Source: Eledone cirrhosa (lineage: Eukaryota). From it: DNA of 64,000 nucleotides. The translations under genes were made by a program, and so were the position numbers. A model generated the notes under the pieces. It did not search any database and was not told the origin of the DNA. It saw only the letters and a program-made list of their open reading frames with translations. The stretch is from positions 54,932,001 to 54,996,000 of the forward strand of contig OZ024745.1 of NCBI GenBank assembly GCA_964016885.1. Direction: 5' to 3'. How positions within the stretch are numbered: the first letter of the stretch is position 1; each line of letters opens with the position of its first letter. Shown piece by piece: positions 43,960-59,394 of this stretch.

Positions 43960-45140
43960 TTTACTCGTCTCATAAGGGCAGAAGGGCTGTGGAGGTTCCA
44001 GATTCCCAGGATCCTGCCAGGACTGAACATATGTTGGCTATTGTGATGCTTGGTTGCGAAAGGCACCGATGGTACATTCCTAGACATACGAAAAACGTCA
44101 ATAGAAGACTGGGCCGAGATAAATATGGAGATTCTTCTCCAGATTGAACTGGACGAACTTAAAAACATCCTGCGCTATGTTCACTTTCATGAGGGGTCCG
44201 CGATACAAGTGATCACTGAGGGCAGGACACACTCCTAAGTCTGATCACAGCTGAAAAGTGCCAGGGGCCGGAAATATCCATTGCTGCAAACACCAGTGAG
44301 AGGACATAAAGCTGCAACAGCAACACTCGAAACAACAGCATCAGCAGCAGCAGCAACATAAGAAAAACGGAGACAAAAAAGAAAAACAAAAATAATTCAA
44401 AACATCACACACACACAACAGAAAAGGGAGACACCACACACGCGCAAAGACAGAGATATCCACACAATAATCTACACCACCGCCGCTACCACAACTACCC
44501 ATACGAAAACAATCAAACCCAAAAGAAAACACACGTGCTAGTAATGCGGGCCAACAAAACCTGATTGACCTCAGAGCACGTACGACTAGATTTCTCCAAT
44601 GCAACTGTATGGATATGGACCGACCGCATAACGTCATCTAGATCGTATATAGGTAGGGTTTTTTACGTTACGTTAGAAGACAAGGAGAGTATAAGTTGTC
44701 TACATTTAGAAACGGTCTCGTATGTATATCCCACATTTGTGATCTGCATGTCCTACCTAGATGGTTGATGTAGGCAAAGTCTTGTTAAAAGGTGGATGAA
44801 TGTTCTAAGGACGGCCCGTGTGAATGGTTCTACTCTGACGATGCGCTGGCAGGTTGGCTGATTCGGAGAGGAGAGGGGCTCCCTCTTTGGATGCTCTTAC
44901 AGCGTCGGGTAGTTGAGAATTGGTGAGGCTCCTGAGATGAACCTGGTGGTCCTCACCCTATTGGCAAATTTTCATTGTTGTGTAATTTCTTTTGTGTAAT
45001 TCTTTTGTTTATTGTTATTTATTACTTAGTTCTTACTCGATTTTATAGTAATCTCCCACTGTCCTTGTTTATAATATTATCCTCTCTATATATGCCCTTG
45101 CGCCCCAAAAAGAGATTATTGCTATTATTATTATTATTAT
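43960..45140 (+). mobile_element. Possible internally deleted non-LTR element (L1/Tx1-like) with (ATT)n tail
   Basis: ORF1-like VITEGR preceding a decayed knuckle region, an A/C-rich stretch, a VKRWMNVLR..RVNG-like terminal segment and an (ATT)n tail at ~45115-45140; weak. Confidence 0.3.
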
Positions 45141-45429
45141 CCTTATGTAGCACATTCAATTGTCAAGCAGCTTTCTGAGTCTCCTGGAATTTTGAAGAAA
45201 GGTTGTTGTTTTTTCTGACGTTGTCCCCAATTTTTAAAATACGAGTTTTTAATACTGGTCTTCACAGTAACTATCGCATCGATTACAACTGTGAACGCTA
45301 CCGGCACCATGTTCATAACAGGGGGGAATAGCATGGCCCAAAACATCCGTACTAGCACCAACATCACTGCTCCTACAACTACCATCGGCATAACAAGATC
45401 AGGTATAAAAATATTATGCCTACAAACAA

Positions 45430-46650
<1,221 letters not shown>

Positions 46651-46707
46651 AACACTGCGACAAACCGCACTCACATATACCGAGGTTCACAGACATGCTC
46701 TCGGTAA

Positions 46708-46876
46708 CGATTAAATCGACCTCAGTGTGTTACTTGTGTCTTATTTTATCGACCCTGCAAGTATGAGAGGCAAAGCTAAACCTCGGCGGGATTTGAACTC
46801 AGAACGCAAGGGGCCGTAACTTTCTGCTGTGAAGCATATTGTGCGACGCTCTATCGATGCTGCAAATTCACCGCCC
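46708..46876 (-). mobile_element. tRNA-derived SINE
   Basis: ttattttatcgaccc...ggcaaagc...cctcggcgggatttgaactcagaacg...tcaccgcc, same family as 23458. Confidence 0.8.
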
Positions 46877-47379
46877 TCGGTGTGTCTGTATTGCTTCTAA
46901 ATCTACCGCTGAACAATTGCATTGATACTGTCAAGTTAGACGATGAAGAGAAAAGGTAAGAATGACCACTTACCTCCAACGTTTGGAGGAAGGGCGTTTC
47001 GGTCGACCATCTGGTTAATTGCGGCCCACTCCACAAGAATATCGTTGCATAATCTTTAGAGAGACCAATATTTGATGAGAGAATTTCGTTTTCAAGTCAT
47101 GTTAGTGCACGTTTTTTTTTTGTCTTTCATTTCGCAATTTTACTTTCCGATCATGAGATGTAGTAATGTAATCTGCTTTCAGATTTTGTTTGGCGCATAA
47201 AGATTCGCTTATACAAAGTCTAACTACTCTATGGCTGTGATAACCAGAAAAAATAATGTCCTGGCAAAGCCTCATGGGCGGATGAAATTCGGCTTGAGAT
47301 GTTAATGCTGTAAATAGAGATTGTAATCAACACTGAAAAGACAACAAAGCAATAGGAAGTTTCAAAACGTGTCCGGCAA

Positions 47380-47905
47380 AGCCATTTGGGAATATATTCG
47401 TAAGTATTTGAAGTTTATGCTAGTTTCATAAATTTAAAAAGACGTTCCAAGTAACTTGTGGAAAGTTCTCTGGCAGAAAGGAATCGATGGACAGCGACTT
47501 GTTGCATTGAATCTTCTTTATGAATGTATTAGCATTTCAGTTCGAATAAATAAAGCTCAGTCGAAACCAATCAATATTTGTGTCGGTCTCCGCAAATGGA
47601 GACTATACTTACCTATCCACTTCATAATCTTCATGAACAGGATTGACATGCGGAGTCGGCTTGGACTTACAAATAACATGACACTATATAACTCGTCAAC
47701 AGTTATCTTTAATAATCACGGAGTAGGTTTGCTACAGAATGCTGCACAGCAGGAATAAAAATCAGTGCTGCAAAGACTGAGACATTCTTCCTCTCAAGTA
47801 AACTTAAGCATTCCACGCTTCATGCGGATGGATATTGACTGAAGAAGGTGGAAAGTTTCAAGTATTTCACGGCTGTTTTTACGAGTGCTGGAACGCAGGA
47901 GGCTG
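47380..47905 (+). mobile_element. Decayed RTE/RTE-X LINE RT fragment
   Basis: VYASFINL, LWKVLWQKGIDG..L..L..LY, SVRIN...SKPI.I.VGLRK, FIIFMNRI, AGIKISAAKTE, LKKVESFKYF. Confidence 0.75.
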
Positions 47906-48939
47906 ACTGAAGGAAATGTAATAATTCTTGGAGCTGACGCACTACATGCGACAGATTCAGTATTCAGTCATCAGCCAAACTCGCTAACTCCAGTTCTGCG
48001 TTCATGTCGAATATCAGCTAACATTGAATCTTGTGTAACCGATATAATACCCGCTTAGAGAGGGTGTATAGCGCAGGGGTCAGGGGTTCGTTCAAGTTAG
48101 AATCACTAATTATTTTAATCAAGAGGCCATACTACGTACATTTGTTTACAATGTCTAAAAGTCACTTATCAAATTTTACTTGCAAAACAAAGAAGCAGGA
48201 GCCACACAGGTACAACAAAGAAGAAGAAGAAGAAGAAGAAGAAGAAGAAGAAGAAGAAGAAGAAGAAGAAGAAGAAGAAGAAGAAGAAGAAGAAGAAGAA
48301 GAATTATAATAATATTTCTACAACAAATGATTATAAAACTAACATCTGCTGTTCTATGTTCCATGATATTCAAATTCTCTCCTGTAGCTGCTCATTAGGA
48401 CATAAAGTCACCTCAAAAAATAAATGCTGAATATATTTGAAAAACATGTCATGGCTGTAACAACTTTCCTTCGCTGTACATTAATCTGCTGGAAGCAAAT
48501 ATTCTAAAGATGGCACTGAAGGAAAGAAACAATCAATATTGCAGATTAGTTGAATGATATGATTTCAAACGACAGCCATAGATTATCTCATTTTAATCAA
48601 TTTTATTATCCTCAACATATTTTCTGGATCTCATAAAAACTAGAATATTGATGTTTCATCACTTTCAGCTGGACCCGATTTATTTTTATATATTTCATAC
48701 TCTCATTTTTCATCTGTTACCCAACATTATTAATTTCACTTAGTTCCTGTATACACCATGTATTGTAGCTTGTAAAAACGGAATGAGGAAATATGGGGCG
48801 CTTCCTATTATGCATTTAAAGGAAATAAATATATGAATTAACTTTTTATACTTAAATGCATATTCAGGGGGAGGAACACATACACACACATCTAAATATA
48901 GAAACACAGACACACATGCACAAACACAGATATAAAGAG

Positions 48940-49009
48940 AGATAGATAGATACAGATAGATAGATAGATATAGAGAGGGTGGAGAGAGAGAGGGAGGGAG
49001 AGAGAGAGA

Positions 49010-49081
<72 letters not shown>
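48940..49081. repeat. (GATA)n/(GA)n compound microsatellite
   Basis: Directly visible. Confidence 0.9.
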
Positions 49082-49085
<4 letters not shown>

Positions 49086-52000
49086 ACACAAGGATGCGCT
49101 CTATATTGAGCTGATACAGGGAAGCCTTCACAGAGGGTGGCAAAAACATGAGCATGTCATCAAACGACAGCTTAATGAAGCGCGTAGCCTAATTATGACT
49201 TCATAAAAGACAGGGACAGGGAGAAAGACATGGGGGAGAGTTGTAAAGAAAGATGTAATCGTTGGAGAATCAAACTGCTGGGAATAACAAGAACGGAAGA
49301 GAGACCGAGGTAGATAGAGAGATAGGGGGGAGGGGAGGGAGGGAGAGAGCTACAACAGTACCACAGCCTAACTGTGCCACTAGTCTACAGTTTCATGTAA
49401 ATCATAGCAACATTGATTGATATATTACATCATTTATCTGTTATATAATAATTGCATACAAACTAAAAAAAAGTCATAGTCTATTATTAAAGACTAGCTT
49501 GAAGGGAAAGACCCAAGTAATATATTACAAGATGCATGTAAACGAAATGTACAAATATTTAGATATTCCTATAAAAGAGGAAACCGTATATAAATAGGGG
49601 AATTGTAGTAATACATCTGCTACATTAGAACATGACTAATAGACGGTATTTTGAAATCAATGTTTGTGATGGCAAATAATAATGGTTCTGTATGTGGGTT
49701 GTTCAAACTTTCAGATGTATTCAATATATTCATCCTAATAAAAATGAATATAGAGTATATTAGCAAAGAATTAAAGAATCAAATATTTCTGTATTTTATG
49801 AGAAATACATTGTAGTTTTTACAGAAGGTTATGCACTTAATTTATGTTATCTCTATATTTAACGTTACCTCATTAAAAGTAATTAACTTCATATCAAATA
49901 ATCTCTGTAATAAACAACTATAACTATGTTTATGTGTGTATTTCTTTAAGCTACGTCACATTATATTTTTCACTGAACACCCGTATCTACTCTTTATCTG
50001 GACTCGTTTGGATGAAAATATAATTCTCAGTACAAATGTGAATTATTTATTTCCTTATGTTGTATAGTCAATCACTTTGTCGTGTTCATTATTATTTTAA
50101 ATTTGTTGACACCTTGCAGGTGAACATTTGGGTTTTGCTGAATTCCCTGCAGAAAATCGGCTATACATGCGATATATAAATAGATTCGTATACATTTAAA
50201 ATATTTCAAATCAATCAGGCCACTTATATATAATGTGTATTGAATTGAAAATACGACATGTCGTCTGGACTTTAGTTATAAACTGTGCATAATTTATCTT
50301 GACAAAGCCGTAATTTAATTTTAGTCTCCCTCAGGTTTAGGTGATTAATGTTCTTGATATATATTTTTTATTGAATACACACATAATAACAACTATTCAT
50401 AAACATACGCACGATCGTACATAAACATGTGCTTAGGACGTTAAAATATAAATTGAAAACCTAAATGACCACATCTTCTATGAAATTGTTTTAACATTTT
50501 CGAAGAAATTAAAGACTTTTGAAAACAAACAATATTCTTATACACTACAGAATTTCAATTTATATGAAAAAAATGTAATGTAGTCCTTTCTTCGTTGAAC
50601 ACATGTCTACGAAGATCTGAATATAAATGAATGGAAACTGTGGCGTGTTTGTGAATTTTATTCAAATTTGCAAATCGAAAATCAGTAGATTATTGATGTA
50701 AAAACGTTCTATGATGTCAAATAAAACTAAAATAGAGGCAAATAAAAGAGAATAATTATTCAGTACGATTTTTTAAATTAATATCACGATTCTCTGTGAT
50801 GTAGCCCTGGTAATAGAATTTACAACATTGTGGAAGTTAATATGTTTGTTTGAAAGGAAGCGGTTATTTAAATGCGAATCTGTATTACAAATTTTGCATT
50901 GACAATGATTGAGAGTAGTGTTATGTTACGTAGAAATTCTTTTGTAAAATTCACTGCAATAGAATGGCACATGTCATGCATCAATTGATATGATAATTAA
51001 AATGTTGTCTTTGCTCATTTCTATTAGTTGAAGATATTTTAAGTATATGTCAATCCATTTTCACACTGTTGACATAAATTCTCGCAAACTTATAAAAGTT
51101 TTTAGATAGCTCTTGTTTGGAAAGTTCATGTGATGCAGTAAATTGATATAAGGAATGATGAAGAGATAAAGCGAGTAAAACCTTCATTGTTGTACTTCCT
51201 TTCGACCATACTGATGCAGGTACAGACCTAATGCATTGGAGCTGCATAGTTTTAATGAAGACAATACTGGCTTAAAGGTAAATCTTTAAAGGACAAATTA
51301 CATTCAGCAATATTTTTTTTAAGTGAGGTGCAGTGCAATTAAAATACAAAAGGATCAATTTCTTACAAGTAAAAATAAAATAACAACTACACTGACAAAA
51401 ATACGGAAGGAATGATAAAAGAATTCGCGTTCATTTAAAAACATTCATTTGATGAAATTCTTTCTGAACCATTGAGCGTGTCCAGGTTACGTAAAATTTA
51501 GATTAATTTTAAATAGAATATCGACGGAGTTCTGCCTTTGATTTTTCTTCGTATTATATGTAGCAACACACTTAAAGGAAAGGATTCGTTTTCGTCATGC
51601 TAAGCGCTTGGAAAGATAAAAGAAAAATATCTGCTATATTATTATATCCTCTTCATTGTTACAATCAAAAGTAGAATACGCAATCCATATAATACTAAAA
51701 CGCTCGGAGAATCGATAATAACAAAAGTTATAACAACATATTTACGGGCTAATAACATAGAAATTCCTCGTTTTGGCTTACGTTTATACACACACACACA
51801 CACACACAGACAGACATATATGTATATATAATATGAACATGTATATTATACGAAATATACAAACACGAACAATACATTCTGTAGATTATAATTTCATTTA
51901 GTTTTTCATGACTTCTACATTTAATTTTTTACGAATGTTTGATCAAACAAATCGGCAAACTGCTTTCAATGTAAAACATTATTTATCGAACCTACCACTT

Positions 52001-52096
52001 CATCGGTTAAGTTAAACTGTACGAAGCACATTTAAAGAGCAATATTTCCTAAGTAACAATACATACATACACACATACATACACACATACTTAGAT

Positions 52097-52159
<63 letters not shown>

Positions 52160-55100
52160 TAGATATATTTAATAAAATATTAGTTTGGATCATGCGAAAA
52201 AAATTGATAGTATGTTGTTAGGTTTCTTTTGGTAAAGCCGTTACGAGGAAAGCTCGAAATACTGGAGCTAAATTGAAACAAAAACAATGTATCTACTGAT
52301 ATTTAGGTGTTAGGGCTCATTTTTTAAAGTGATAGATATGTATTTTCATTGTGATGTAGATATGGTAGCGGTGGAATTTGTAATGTGCAGGCTTGTTTAG
52401 TCGTAATAGACAAATTACTTCATGCAACTCATGTATGCACTACCCGACGCCTTTATATCATGATGAAAAAGAAACCAACACAAGTCTAACTCTGTTAAAA
52501 GAAACCTACATGTAGGTTACTCGCACGGGTAAACGCCGTCGAATAGGAAATCAGATATATGCATATGTTGGATATATTCGAACCTTCAGTGTGCTTGAAT
52601 GCTTAAAGTGAACCGTTCTCAGAAAATATGCGCGCCGCATCAAGCACATCATTTTAATTATACCAATATGTGTTGTAGCCTACGACTGGCGTAGTTAACC
52701 TCAAAAGAAATGTATAGGGCATCGCTTTACTATGATTTACCTCATAAGATTTTTCCTACATTCCTCGTCAACTCTAGGCACCACATGTAAAACAATATGA
52801 CCTGAAAACGACACACCTGGAATAAGATGCGATATTGGAATGATCCATCTGCAAATGTTGCCAAACTTTCTAGAAATGCTCTTAACATATTCAGAACCCG
52901 AGTCCTGGCATTTCCGTGGTAAAGATCATGCGGTCATATAACTTTGTACTTCAAACGATATCATTTTCTTTAATAGCATTCCTGAAAGAAGAATCATTCC
53001 CTATATCACAGTTGTAGAGTAAATGCATCGATGAATATTTCCCTTGTTTCCCATTCCAGTGGGAATACATATACTGTTTTAGATATGAACAAGTAAGCTT
53101 AATAAAATGCGAGAATTATCATACCTAAGACGTTGTTCCATTGTCAATCTGAAAGTTATGTTATATCGGAGAAATACTGTAAAATGCTTCAAATGTTCTT
53201 ATGAAATACGTCGATATTGTAATACAAAAGGCTAACAAATATGCCGACGACTTTGTTCTCCGTGGTGAGATTGGGGCTATTCACACCTGACAAGATCGTG
53301 GGCAATTATACTTTAAATTATTAATAAATCGCACATGGATTACGATGTCGTTCAATATCCTATTATATTCCGCAATGCAGAAAGTAGATATCACTACCGA
53401 GGAGAGAATTTCAGTTTTCATGAAAATCTGTCTACAAACATCCTTTTATTAACGTCCTAAGCCCTATTTTAAGCCCGGTGACATTAAGACATTAACAACT
53501 TTTATCATACCAATATGTTGTTTATATGCTTGCAAAAATAAATTACATTAGTACGTACCTGCTAGACAGGATTAATATTTATGCAGATACGGAATGTATG
53601 GAAGGTTATGCATTCTACAATACAATTACGAACATGCCCATGAAACATTCAGGAATAATACAGTAAGCATCTGTTTATAAACATCAATTGCAAACCTACA
53701 TTTAGAGTGATTAGATATGAATTATTCATGAGGTACTGATTCCTAATTTACCAGGTGTACATGGATGTTAAGTATGAAAAAAAAGAAAATTAAAATAACT
53801 TTATATTTCTCCTTTATAAGTGCCAAATATAAAAAATTAAAAAGCAGAAAAGAGGATTACAAAATGCTTCCAGTTTGGTGTGATTAAAATTAATTTTTCA
53901 TTCTAATGATATAGACCTGTTGATTTCAGTTGAACTCTTCTTCCCTTTACAAAATTCTAGGTTTGATAGAGAACATTAGGATGTAACAGGGGCAAGCGTT
54001 ATGGGGAAAATTAAGTCCAGAAATCCCTTGCAGAAACACGTCAAATAAGTATCCTCTGAAGTTCATGTAAGAGCCACAAAACTGTCATCATGGATATCGC
54101 TTATATTGACGAAGTAAAATCGTAGAAGGAGATAACAATAATGAGTATACTAAAAGTTTGTTCCATAGAAAGACAAATACATTGTTTGACCTGCGGAATA
54201 TGAGTGGAATATTCAGTGGTAGTCTTGAGTCGTTATAACGTCCGATTCCGATTGATTGCCTTGCATATTCTTTCAAGTTGCTTGCAACCATTATGCTCAC
54301 AATTCATACTGTCAACATGGGTATATCAAATAACAGTTAGGGGTACTGGATGAACGGAATCGTGAGTGCGCTTGGAGTGTCCGTCCTTTATATTTGCATT
54401 CTAATTTCAAAATTTCCCTACTTTCCTAATGCTTGTAGTAATTATTTCACCAACCGATAAAGTAAGCAAAACCAGATTTCACTTGTAAAGATTGTTAGGA
54501 TTAGATCCCTCTTAAATATACGATCATCGGCAATGTGAGGCTATTTCAAACGGTGAACCGAGACGAATTAAGCGAGGTGGAATAGAAATGTTCCACATAG
54601 AGGTAACCGATTATATACAAAGAAAAGGTAAGTGTTGATAAAACTTGGTACAAAATAGGATGTAGTACTTGTCACCAGTAATTTAATATTTGAATAATAT
54701 ACTTCAAAGATACACGTGCAACACCCTTCCTGTTGTACAGGTATGGCATTTTAAAATCAACACCAATTAGACCTTTGTAAAATGTCCACTTATGGCGCCA
54801 AGATCTGTAAGATGTAAAGCCACATAAACTCACCAATGCTCCAATGACTTCCAATTCGTCTTAAACAACAAGACTATATTAACAGCAACAATATACAGCA
54901 TTGCTAACGTAGTTAATGTATTTAATGTTAAAACAGTAAATGTGAGACGTAAATAACAGAGCCGAATTGTCTTGACTGATCACGGAAGCAATGTTACCGA
55001 ACGAAAACAATGTAGACAAAATGTTGAATAGGGACCCTGCGCCTAGGACCTTCTCAGGACTAAGAGGGTGAAAAAAAAAAGAAGAAGAAGAAGAAGAAGA

Positions 55101-55707
55101 AGAAGAAGAAGAAGAAGAAGAAGAAGAAGAAGAAGAAGAAGAAGAAGAAGAAGAAAATATATGAGCGTAGATGCAACACAACTTATAATAATAATCATAT
55201 ATACATCATCACCCGAAGAATATAAACGGAGCAACAACAAAAGCAAAAACATAGAGGGCAAATAATAAAATACTAGCAACATCAACGTGAATAATTTAAT
55301 CAATAATAGATACTGTAACGCCTTACAACATCAAACAAATTAATAGACAAGAAGACGCAGTAAATGGACATCATCAACAAATACTGTAAGATCAATAGTA
55401 CTCACAATACTTACCAAAAACACCAAACATATTGTCTTTCGTCTCTTAATCCACTGGACAGCGTTTGGCTTGTGCCATATGCTGTTACTCAGGGTGGAGC
55501 AGCTGTACCAGTCATAGGGGTCGAAACTACCAACGTCTATCTCAACGGCCGATGAACCTAGAGTTCTGAGTCTTTCTTCAGTATTATTATTTTTAAAAAT
55601 TAATATTTAAAGTTTCTCCTTGTTTTTTTCGTTTTGCTTGTTTTCGTTCGCCGTCTTGTACTCTATTTGTCAAGTTTCCTAAACTTATCATATATATATA
55701 TATATAT

Positions 55708-56082
55708 GAATTTTGGCAATCGGAATTGCGTAATCTCCTTAGAATATTATCCTTTACGCAATAAAATCAAGTAATGAAATTTTCTCACGTTGTTCACATG
55801 TCTGGAAACACCTCTTGCATAACTACAAAACTCCGGATTGAACAACAACAGCATTCTAATTTTCTAATCAACTCGAACATTTCATTCCGGACATTCGCAG
55901 TTATCTCACTCAAACCTTTCGCCCGTGGTTTTGTATCGCTTGGGTGAAGTGACCGTTTCTGCGCATGCGCGTCATACGGTTGTTCTTCCTGTTCCGTATA
56001 ACCATTACCAGTTCGAGCTGAAGATCCGCTTAAGGTGAAACAATTGTTCTCGGTATGGTGAACTAACTGTTGTGTTAATACT
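55708..56082 (+). mobile_element. 3' fragment of the Naiad-type family at 19116-20496, with short 5' inversion
   Basis: 55775-56075 aligns to 20190-20488; 55715-55748 is an inverted copy of ~20147-20180. Confidence 0.85.
56014..56052 (+). ncRNA. Minimal type I hammerhead in Penelope pLTR
   Basis: cgag CTGAAGA t-cc-gcttaa-gg-t GAAA caattg TT ctcg; differs from the 20427 copy only at variable N7 and loop 2. Confidence 0.75.
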
Positions 56083-56153
56083 TATAGTAATACATCTATA
56101 TATATGAGAGTGTTGAAGTTTGTTTGAAGTATTGTTGAATAATAAAATTGATT

Positions 56154-56692
56154 GTTTTGGAAGCCTCAACAATGCACACGTTTAAATCTCCGAGTAAGAG
56201 ACTGAGGTGGTAAGGAGAGAGATGTAAGAGGAAATGTTGAATGAGACGTATAGGGTGTAAAGGAACGTAGGAAAGAGTGTAAAAATAATAACACGAGATC
56301 GAGTTACCTTGGGGGTGATTTAATTGTCCTTATATTTCGGATTTCGCATCCCTCAGCTGGGAGTTTTCCGAGGGGAAAGCTTTTAGTCGGAGAGGGACCA
56401 CACGTGGCCTCTACTGTTTATCGTGTGTGTACAACTGAACTACTCTGTAGGGCACGCATGCGCGCGGAATAGCTGCGGTCAGACAAAGCACGAGACAGTT
56501 CTTCTATACTAGATTAGTGGGATGGTGCTGTGTCAGTGCGAACGCATCTTCGCTGTCAATTTCTTATATTCAGTCTTTCCTACGTTCCTCTACACCCTAT
56601 ACGTCTCATTCTACATTTCCTCTTACATCTCTCTCATTACCACCGGATTCTGTTACCCGGAGATACATCTGCATTGTTGAGGTTTCCAAAAC
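56154..56692. repeat. Imperfect ~125-bp inverted repeat with ~290-bp spacer
   Basis: 56154-56279 mirrors 56571-56692. Confidence 0.8.
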
Positions 56693-56694
56693 GA

Positions 56695-56765
<71 letters not shown>

Positions 56766-56896
56766 GGGAGGTTTTTTTTACAAAATGAAAAATAACCGAG
56801 GTGTCCTACACGAGTGAAAGTATAAAGAAAAAGAGATGAAATCGAAAATGCAACTGAAGTCTTATTTTTTTTAAAAATATATATATTTATTTGGTT

Positions 56897-56934
56897 CCTT
56901 TACCGGTTTCGCAGTTCTTCTGCTTTTCAAAAGG
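56897..56934 (-). ncRNA. Type I hammerhead, U3-A8 core variant
   Basis: Minus: cctt TTGAAAA gcag-aagaa-ctgc GAAA ccgg TA aagg. Confidence 0.7.
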
Positions 56935-57017
56935 TGAGTTGAGATGGAGGGTCTGTGGTTTTTCTCACATCTGTGAGAAAAATGTGAGAAAAACCACAGA
57001 CCCTCCATCTCAACTCA

Positions 57018-57055
57018 CCTTTTGAAAAGCAGAAGAACTGCGAAACCGGTAAAGG
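57018..57055 (+). ncRNA. Type I hammerhead, U3-A8 core variant
   Basis: cctt TTGAAAA gcag-aagaa-ctgc GAAA ccgg TA aagg, then AATAAA at 57061-57066. Confidence 0.7.
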
Positions 57056-57124
57056 AACCAAATAAATATATATATTTTTAAAAAAAATAAGACTTCAGTT
57101 GCATTTTCGATTTCATCTCTTTTT

Positions 57125-57212
<88 letters not shown>

Positions 57213-57313
57213 GCGTGTGCGAGTGTGTGTGTAATATAGAAATGGTTTCTATGGGAGGAGAACTGTCTCATTCGGATTAATGATGATTTTTCCCGAATGA
57301 AACTGTAGAACCC

Positions 57314-57347
<34 letters not shown>

Positions 57348-57808
57348 ATATATATATATATATATATATATAGGAGTAAGTAAGACCCCGACGGCTGAGC
57401 TCAAGCCGTTTCGACGGCTAATTCTGTACTGAATGAATAATCAGTTCTGGTATTTAAATAGCCGAACTTGTCAAGGGGCAATTCCATATATGGTCAAAGA
57501 GATAATCACCAGGATTGGTCATCCCACAAGGTAGTAGTAATTCTGCGATGGCAAGTTGGTGGGGGAGGTAGCCAAACCTGCCAGTAGGAGAAAAGGGGAG
57601 AGGGGGCGGAGTAGACCCACTCATGCGTTGGTGGTGCCAGCTACAGCTGGGTGTGAGGTCAAAGAGGACGCCGGGGAGAGGGAGGGGGGGGAGGTCAAAA
57701 CGGTAAGTAGAACGATGAAAATGTAAAACTGTAAAAAGTACTGAGAGAGAAAAGAAATATAAGCAGAATCTGGTTACTAAGACTTAATTCTCTCGCTATT
57801 GCTAGGCT

Positions 57809-58148
57809 GAAGAAATACATAAATAAGTAAATAAGAAATACATAAATAATATTCCACATAAGTAAATAAGAAATACAAAAATAATATTCCACATAAGTAA
57901 ATAAGAAATACATAAAGAATATTCCACATAAGTAAATAAGAAATACATAAGTAATATTCCACATAAGTAAATAAGAAATACATAAAGAATATTCCACATA
58001 AGTAAATAAGAAATACATAAGTAATATTCCACATAAGTAAATAAGAAATACGTAAATAATATTCCACATACTTAAGTAAGAAATACATAAGTAATATTCC
58101 ACATAAGTAAATAAGAAATAAGTAAATAATATTCCACAAGAAATACAT
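57809..58148. repeat. 35-bp minisatellite, about 9 copies
   Basis: Unit aagaaatacataa(a/g)taatattccacataagtaaat; attccac recurs every 35 bp from 57851 to 58131. Confidence 0.9.
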
Positions 58149-58206
58149 GAAAGAGTAAATAAACAAATAACTGAGTAAAAGGATGGATAGATAGATTTAA
58201 ACAAAC

Positions 58207-58238
<32 letters not shown>

Positions 58239-58740
58239 TGTAGAATAAAAAGAATAAGAAAACAAAAGATAATGATAGAAAAAAACCCCAGGTGTGACGG
58301 AGATAAAGGGACCCTTATGCGGGGTATAAGTGCGTGTATCGTACGGTGACGGGTCAACATAGGGGGGGGGGGGGTCGGAATACTACAGAGACCACCACGA
58401 AAAAAATAAATAAATAACGGTTTCTACCCCAAACACCGGGCCAGCAACCACCCAGTGCAAGAAAGTAGACTAGTACGAGAATGTAATTCAGGGTCCCGCA
58501 AACAAATACTGGTGCTAACTCTAAGGGTACCGCCACGAAACAAAATGTCTTATACAAGCTACATGAAAAGTCGTACGAGTTAAAAATAAAGAACGGAAAA
58601 TTAATACAGGAAAAGGGGAGAAAGGGGAAAAAGGGAAAAAGAAGAAAGAGATACTGGATCGATAAAAAAAGTGTAAAAGAAGATCTTACGTCTCCATAGG
58701 CAAGCAGGGGTTACCCATTACAAAATAGGCAAGTGGGGTG

Positions 58741-59298
58741 TTATAGGCTACCGCCCGGGTCATTATGGGGTTTGAGGGCGAGGTAAGTCCTACGTAATCG
58801 GTGTTTACATGCAGTAACCAGTTCATCTTTCTTGTTAAGGAGTTGGTCCGTCGAAAACAGCATTTGTAATGTTTCCTCCGAGCATAAATTGCACGGACGG
58901 CGTCCTCCCGTGTAGGAATTGGCTCTGGACAGTAATTTCCAAGTGAGATCATAGTTGATGTTGTTGTCCTTGAGGTCCCATATGTGGCCCGAAAGTGTAG
59001 TGGCGTGACGCCGGGCCGGGTTTCGGAAGGTATGTCTGTGTTGGTATAGCCGGGTCTTGAAGTCGCATGCGGTCAATCCTATATAAGCTTTGTTGGAGGT
59101 GTCCGTGCTCACGTTGCACTGGTAGATCCCATTACGGTCTCTGCATCTGTTATCGAGGGGGAAACCTGATCTATCAGGACAGTTGCACCTCCTGGTCGGC
59201 TCTCCACTGCTATTTGGGTTGTTTCTTCCATCGGGGTTGAGTTTTTTGTTGTTGGAGGAGACGATGTTTTGTGCGAAGTTAGGTGTTGTGCTGTAAGA
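58741..59298 (-). pseudogene. GIY-YIG endonuclease domain of a Penelope-like retroelement (open frame, N-terminally truncated)
   Basis: Frame extends upstream of the listed ORF without stops: SYSTTPN...CNCPDRSGFPLDNRC...GIYQCNV...AYIGLT..DFKTRLYQH..TF...TTLS.HIW.LK...CNLCSEE...LLNKKDELVTACKH. Confidence 0.9.
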
Positions 59299-59351
59299 TT
59301 GAGTACTTTGGTGCGTTATGGTCCACCTGGTTCCTTACCACTTTTCCTTCG

Positions 59352-59394
<43 letters not shown>

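Larger units (their letters stand above)
56821..57131. repeat. Perfect 150-bp inverted repeat with 11-bp spacer; each arm carries a U3-A8 hammerhead
   Basis: 56821-56970 is the reverse complement of 56982-57131. Confidence 0.9.

Noticed and set aside
56325-56365. Minus-strand ggat-gcgaa-atcc GAAA hairpin resembling a hammerhead
   Set aside because: Core has at least two non-compensated changes and the helix I register is inconsistent.
57695-58360. 221-aa hydrophobic ORF; CRISPR-like periodicity
   Set aside because: A 35-bp head-to-tail minisatellite with no unique spacers, in a eukaryotic context; open in several frames.
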